A DNA stretch of 21,600 bases from positions 1-21,600 of the forward strand of contig JAHQWW010000063.1 of assembly GCA_029856365.1 (NCBI GenBank). The letters are read 5' to 3'. Below, one piece after another: positions 18,001 to 21,600 of the stretch. The translations under genes were made by a program, and so were the position numbers. The notes below the pieces were generated by a model, which worked only from the letters and a program-made list of their open reading frames with translations, did no database searches and was not told the origin of the DNA. Positions within the stretch are counted from its first letter, which is position 1; each line of letters starts with the position of its first letter. Source of the DNA: Candidatus Hodarchaeota archaeon (GTDB lineage: Archaea > Asgardarchaeota > Heimdallarchaeia > Hodarchaeales > Hodarchaeaceae).

Positions 18001-19052
18001 TTGGCGATGTCTAACCGTAAATTCAACAAAGAATAGTCAGAATATGGGCCAAACCGAGGTAAAATGTTTCGATCTTCGGCAAACATGACAATGAGTAGAC
18101 GATAAAGCAGCAATATTGACGTTTGATAGACGGAATTAATGGTGTCCTCATCTAATGAATCATAGGAGTGTTTCATACCATTTGCCAATAAGGGGATGAT
18201 TTCTTCATATAATTCGTCTTTTAACGCGTCCGTGACTTTTCTTTCCCATAATTTTCCCTCTGCCAGAGCAATATCAAGAACACATTTGTTCTCTAACCCA
18301 ATAATGTATTGGTGGGATTGTGGTGACAGAAAAAAGATGATTAGTTTCAACAAATGAAGTAGAGTTATCCCCTCGTGAGGAAAATACTCATCAAGAGTCG
18401 TTTGGGTTGGTAGTAACCAGGTTGCCAGTTTTTCAAACTTAAATGAGAGGTATTTCTTTGAACGAAGGTCCGTCTCGCGAGCATATACCCGCCATTCTCG
18501 CCCATTTGTTAGAAATGCAAATCGAACACGCCTGTTGGTCTCTCGCCATACGGTCTCCAAGTAGCTAATAATTTTGTTTGAGGGATTATTTGGGTCTTCT
18601 GAATCATCAGGATTACGAGCATCTAAATTCCTATTGCCTGCTTTAGCTTCTAAAAGACAATCTGCTTTCTCCCATTTATCACTCCCAGAAAGACGGAGGC
18701 TAGCTCGCCAGTCTTCTTGGTTGGAATAAAGAGAATAATCTGGAACATACCGTGAGGCCCGAGTCTGACGCGAGTAATAGAAATGGAAAAAATCTAGAAT
18801 CTTATTGATAATCAAGTCCTCTATTTCCGTTTCTGATAAGGAGACGAGATCAGGGAGAGATTTGAAAGTCTCAACTAAATGAGCTAAAAAAGCTTGGACA
18901 GTCTCACTCTCAATAGCTTCCCAATACTTTAGTTCTTGAATTCCATGAGTCAAGAAATATTCACTAAATAGGCTCCCACTGACGAACTGAGATAACTCAA
19001 CTGTGTTGTCCAAACTTCTCCTCAAAGACTTGCTGTTCCCCATGAAAATCAA
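15048..19052 (-). CDS. Type IIG (Eco57I/TaqI-like) fused restriction endonuclease / N6-adenine methyltransferase
   Basis: PD-(D/E)xK nuclease (VPDY..LEAK, LTNGREWRVY). Gamma-class MTase motifs RKATGSYFTP, LDPAVGSGHF, YGVDIN and FILTNPPY. TaqI_C-like target-recognition region (FYLCGIINS). The start is TTG 19052 or ATG 19043. Confidence 0.92.
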   Translation of the reverse strand: MIFMGNSKSLRRSLDNTVELSQFVSGSLFSEYFLTHGIQELKYWEAIESETVQAFLAHLVETFKSLPDLVSLSETEIEDLIINKILDFFHFYYSRQTRASRYVPDYSLYSNQEDWRASLRLSGSDKWEKADCLLEAKAGNRNLDARNPDDSEDPNNPSNKIISYLETVWRETNRRVRFAFLTNGREWRVYARETDLRSKKYLSFKFEKLATWLLPTQTTLDEYFPHEGITLLHLLKLIIFFLSPQSHQYIIGLENKCVLDIALAEGKLWERKVTDALKDELYEEIIPLLANGMKHSYDSLDEDTINSVYQTSILLLYRLLIVMFAEDRNILPRFGPYSDYSLLNLRLDIANRMDEGRTFSSRQTRIYEALRAVFQIMTSGDSQLQVPAYNGRLFDDEHYPTFQTITIPDYIMSEVIDRLSRDRRSTNNGAPIWINYAELSVRHLGSIYESLLRFQLQLAQEELKIIKRNDSEIIVPITDLRNTDEVLKTIPAGELYLVGDNNERKATGSYFTPDYIVRFITEETLGLALVQFKTTFEEMLTGVDIQENRTRKEKIAQLRQYDPLARMLRLRILDPAVGSGHFLVYAFEFLREWTESILGEHYQLDGKLYQFSPLSTNNPNVDPLIFIERLILRRCLYGVDINPLAVELAQVSLWLTSFTSEFPLSFLDHHIRVGNTLLGIRWRELQDTYKQTLDIYISPKFSLNQHIESLLQQADISSRNVRESQTTYDLIQEAIHDLKIICHLHLWTKIHTSREDQDRRNYVSNIIRNYNTTKTIDLSDEFVQEVVKEANTEHYFHTDLEFIDSLLNPSEKARRFDFILTNPPYGGEISTIHKKYFKKLYKTHKDTAAYFTVKMLSLCKHFGIILPKTLSFYSLWADTRFALFRKADLMHVMDTGLAFEDVNYETIILIGSLKRKKHLQNAVSISVALPLRTPLPQKTIIAENDVPYDFFNQNGIIIFRGLSEGEIEVVNRITQNSISLGELVESSERIFRGPYIPDKIKRKTLSESFYLEPNLVDLPDNHFVWINKIPHVQRYWITRYYDIDLSDPNYQRYLDRTMRTTTKRVFIKVLRGNRLVSYVDSRGELCTTEKLVNVLPPEGCTYSLFYLCGIINSPYPSFYLANVLFSKTTETSRVMDYAYSSLIPIPKVHFTESSNTTERFQEKLTTMISDILESSIEINKPDLNLLHIEDLISENYENPTQGNHDALACIVEEIINLHKEIKQLQYDFFQFVSSNYPSVKASSDEKQDINYQLLEKIGHEEWPTFRRRLERVYSITLSEYRDIIEVYSEKLERITKIDSLITFLTELSEEIARKSFDLDETHKRVVENSLSKKG

Positions 19053-19104
19053 TACACCACGTGTGTTACTAGATATTGATTTAATGAATTTAAAAGACCA
19101 TAGT

Positions 19105-19565
19105 TTATAAAAGTCTTTGTCCTCTTTTATTCAATTTACGAAACCATGTTGAATATTGTTTTCTTGTAAATTTTTTGTTTCTCGTCTTTATGGGAGGATC
19201 TCTTGAAGGATCGACCTCTACAACTTTCATTAATAACACCTCATCCTCATATTCAGTCCCTTTCTTGGAATAATTTACTAAATACAAGATGGCGTTAAAA
19301 TCTTGGGCCATCCTCCACAACGAAAGCCATTTCCCAGAATTTTTGCGAAAATAATGATTGGGATGACTAGAGTATGGAGTAATTCCTCTTTTAAACTGCC
19401 TTTCTTTACATCGCAGTAGTTCAAGTATAATATAGCGATTTTTTTATTATCCCATTGAATTCGGTCGAAATTGATCGCGTTGGTTTCATCTCCAGCGAGC
19501 ATTTCCTTATCGAATATAAATCCACTAATATCTGGTCTACCTAAAGGTTTACTACCATGTTTCAT
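19105..19565 (-). pseudogene. Single ~153-aa gene split by a 1-nt frameshift in an A7 tract; possible small PD-(D/E)xK-like nuclease
   Basis: Adding one A at 19439-19445 joins the two ORF-track fragments into one open frame: MKHGSK...NFDRIQWDNKKNRYIILELLRCKERQFKRGITPYSSHPNHYFRKNSGKWLSLWRMAQDFNAILYLVNYSKK...GQRLL. A GAGGT SD precedes ATG 19565. Confidence 0.7.
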
Positions 19566-19745
19566 AGTTTAACCTCTACAACGAGGATTGCAAATTAAAT
19601 CTTCTTGCATGATTCCTATCATTAACCATAACAAAATCAGATTTTCTTAATAATTTCATCATGATAATTCTGGTGCTGTAATAAATCTGCTAACCCACTT
19701 TTGAAAAATCATATCTTATACTATAATCAGCTTTTAAGGATTGAA

Positions 19746-19865
19746 TTAAATTTTCATTTTTGCTGCTCCAATAACAGAGATTTGGTTCGCACTAACAGGA
19801 ATTAAATTGATAAAGAAAAATATCACGCAAATACTTAATAACAAAGTTATTTTTCTTAATTTCAA
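19746..19865 (-). CDS. Unannotated 39-aa micro-ORF: signal peptide plus 13-aa tail (secreted peptide or remnant of a secreted-protein gene)
   Basis: A very strong SD AAAGGAGGTGA (19870-19880) precedes TTG 19865. Translation MKLRKITLLLSICVIFFFINLIPVSA-NQISVIGAAKMKI has n, h and c signal-peptide regions with a VSA cleavage motif. Confidence 0.55.
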   Translation of the reverse strand: MKLRKITLLLSICVIFFFINLIPVSANQISVIGAAKMKI

Positions 19866-19920
19866 ATTATCACCTCCTTTTTTAGTATTTTAATTTCTCT
19901 TTCTCCCTTTTTTTTTGAAC

Positions 19921-20475
19921 TTAATTTTCAAAAGAATTTCCCTTGGCAAGGATCAGGGAAAGGAACACCTCGTCGATGTTCAATTTTGTTTTTGCGGAAC
20001 ATAAGAAGTATCCAATCTTTAGAAAGTGTTTGGCTATCACATCTTTGTGGAGATGATCGATTAATGAGTCAATTTTGTCCTTTTGAACAAGAGTTAAGTG
20101 TTCTTTTAAATCAGCTTTATTTCCAATGATCTGTAAGACCACTGGTTTAGTGCAGTGTACAATAATCTCCTTAATCCAAACTACAATGTTCTGAAATGTT
20201 TTTTCTCGAGTCAAATCAAACACTACAATTATTCCATCGGCATCTTGAATATAGCGTTTTCGAACGTGTTTAACCGAAGGATGACCTGAGATATCCCATA
20301 GCTGTAATTGAATGGTGTCTCCCTTAATTTCAACCTCTTTGAGAGTGAAATCAACCCCCATAGTCATCATATAATGGGAATGGAAGGGAATACCAAAGAA
20401 ACTTTGTTTGATGGAGGTTTTCCCCACTCCTTGGTCTCCTAATATGCAAATTTTATACGATCGCAGACCCCTCAT
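19921..20475 (-). CDS. Rab-like small GTPase (Ras superfamily)
   Basis: G1 GDQGVGKT, G2/RabF1 TMGVDF, G3 LQLWDISGH, RabF5 VVFDLT, G4 NKAD and G5 CSAK. No C-terminal cysteines. The start is ATG 20475 or TTG 20487. Confidence 0.92.
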   Translation of the reverse strand: MRGLRSYKICILGDQGVGKTSIKQSFFGIPFHSHYMMTMGVDFTLKEVEIKGDTIQLQLWDISGHPSVKHVRKRYIQDADGIIVVFDLTREKTFQNIVVWIKEIIVHCTKPVVLQIIGNKADLKEHLTLVQKDKIDSLIDHLHKDVIAKHFLKIGYFLCSAKTKLNIDEVFLSLILAKGNSFEN

Positions 20476-21266
20476 TCCTCTAATCAACCCTCTTGTACTG
20501 AAAGAAAGAAATTCTCATTTCTTAATACTATCTCTAACGAATTTTATGTTTAATAAGCCAGTTTCATCAAGAATTGGAGATTTTATAAAGAGGGAACAAT
20601 CAGAAAATAGCAATTTTTGGGAGAAAATTTGTAAAGAAGCTCACATCCTGAAAAATCATAACTAAAATTGACTTGGCTGAACTCTCAGGTATCTCTCCTT
20701 AATAAGGTGAGAAACAATTATAGCTGCATTTTATTGGTACACTATAAATCTCTTTAATAAATAATCAGTTGTTGTTTTTCTTTTTCATCTGCTCTTTCAT
20801 AATGATCTTTTCTTCAGTTTTTTCCATATTAAAAATAAACCGCTGTTAAAGGCAGGCCATTTCACATTTTTACATATATGAAAATCGTTTAATGATAATA
20901 TGACCGATTAAAGAGGTTAGTGATAAAGCATACTATTTTGGCACTTTTTAGTAAAAATTTTTGAAAAATTATTCTTTTCTAATCCTTCCTTTTCGAAACT
21001 TATGGATAGCTTTTTGTCACCAACTACGAAACGAAGACATCTAATTAATAATTGAATTTACACATTGAAAAAGTTCTGATAGCATTAATGTTTGGGTCCA
21101 ATAACACCAGGTAATATTGAGCACAATAAATAACGGTCTCCAGGATTTTGGGCTAGTAATTGGAACAAAAAATGGGGCACTTCAAAAATTAGCGTTTCCA
21201 AAAATGGAAACATTCATTTTTATGGCAAAAAAATGAGGAAAAAAAAGAAGAGGAGGAAGCATAAAA

Positions 21267-21600
21267 ATGGTTAAAGAAAACACATTTGCGTTCTTTTTAG
21301 GGTGTTTGATGCCTAATCGATATCCTGCTATTGAAAAATCAACGAAATTCGTAATGGAAAAATTGGGATATGAAATATTAGATATGGAAAGAGCTACATG
21401 CTGTCCTGCACCGGGAGTTTTCCGTTCTTTCAATAAAGTTGATTGGATGGTAGCAGCGGCAAGAAATCTATGTATTGCTGAAAAATTAGATGCTGATATC
21501 CTAACTGTTTGTAATGGATGTTTTGGTACTCTTCAAGAAGTAAATAAACATCTTAAACAAAATGAAGAGCACCGCGAAATGGTAAATGAAAAGCTTAAAT
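21267..21600 (+). CDS. hdrB: CoB--CoM heterodisulfide reductase subunit B, 5' part (runs off the window; missing from the ORF track)
   Basis: Manual translation gives [26 protein letters not shown]...[10 protein letters not shown]...AARNLCIAE...[10 protein letters not shown], the CCG-domain cysteine pattern typical of HdrB. An AGGAGG SD lies at 21251-21256. Confidence 0.92.
   Translation, partial: MVKENTFAFFLGCLMPNRYPAIEKSTKFVMEKLGYEILDMERATCCPAPGVFRSFNKVDWMVAAARNLCIAEKLDADILTVCNGCFGTLQEVNKHLKQNEEHREMVNEKLK

Noticed and set aside
15048-19052. BREX PglX or DISARM methylase assignment
   Set aside because: No brxC/pglZ or drmA/drmB genes are nearby, and the intact N-terminal PD-(D/E)xK domain fits a stand-alone Type IIG enzyme.
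14150-19900. Integrated mobile element with att sites or terminal repeats
   Set aside because: No integrase or transposase, no direct or inverted boundary repeats found by eye, and spot checks showed no clear GC shift.
20610-20700. Glycine-riboswitch-like words (GGGAGA..., ACUCUCAGGU)
   Set aside because: The CCGAAG core and supporting helices are missing, and the site is about 570 bp from the next same-strand gene.
21194-21211. CRISPR-repeat-like ends (GTTTC...GAAAC)
   Set aside because: It is a single 18-bp palindrome with no repeat-spacer periodicity and no cas genes.
181-21433. Many short ORF-track entries overlapping real genes (e.g. 197-382, 1279-2085, 2529-3075, 5660-6104, 7733-8446, 9961-10328, 17183-17458, 20408-20665, 21182-21433)
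   Set aside because: They are antisense or off-frame shadows of well-supported genes and have no motifs of their own.

Overview
This AT-rich window has archaeal-style TATA boxes and GGTGA/GGAGG Shine-Dalgarno (SD) sites. A Rab-like GTPase without prenylation cysteines, a TPGF-anchored surface protein and a methanogen-like HdrB point to an Asgard archaeon, probably Heimdallarchaeia; this is inference, not a database result. The left 13.7 kb is metabolic: a small double Zn-ribbon protein with a highly structured 5' leader, a GPH-type MFS transporter, propionate-CoA ligase, a metallophosphoesterase, an Ldh_2 oxidoreductase and a cysteine hydrolase. It also holds a three-gene operon (corrinoid protein, homocysteine S-methyltransferase, non-pyrrolysine MttB), a Gfo/Idh/MocA oxidoreductase, a surface protein and an OsmC-family protein. 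The 13.8-19.9 kb region is a defence locus. It contains a truncated beta-class DNA methyltransferase and a Type IIG restriction-modification enzyme carrying a canonical PCNA-binding PIP box. Directly downstream of that enzyme lies a PH-like/HEPN (RxxxxH) putative RNase, and upstream lie a small nuclease-like gene broken in an A7 tract and an unannotated signal-peptide micro-ORF. The window ends with the Rab-like GTPase and the 5' part of hdrB. The strongest novelty candidates are the Type IIG + PH-HEPN module, the PIP box in the R-M enzyme, the riboswitch-like leader at 481-585 and the methylamine-to-homocysteine methyltransferase operon.
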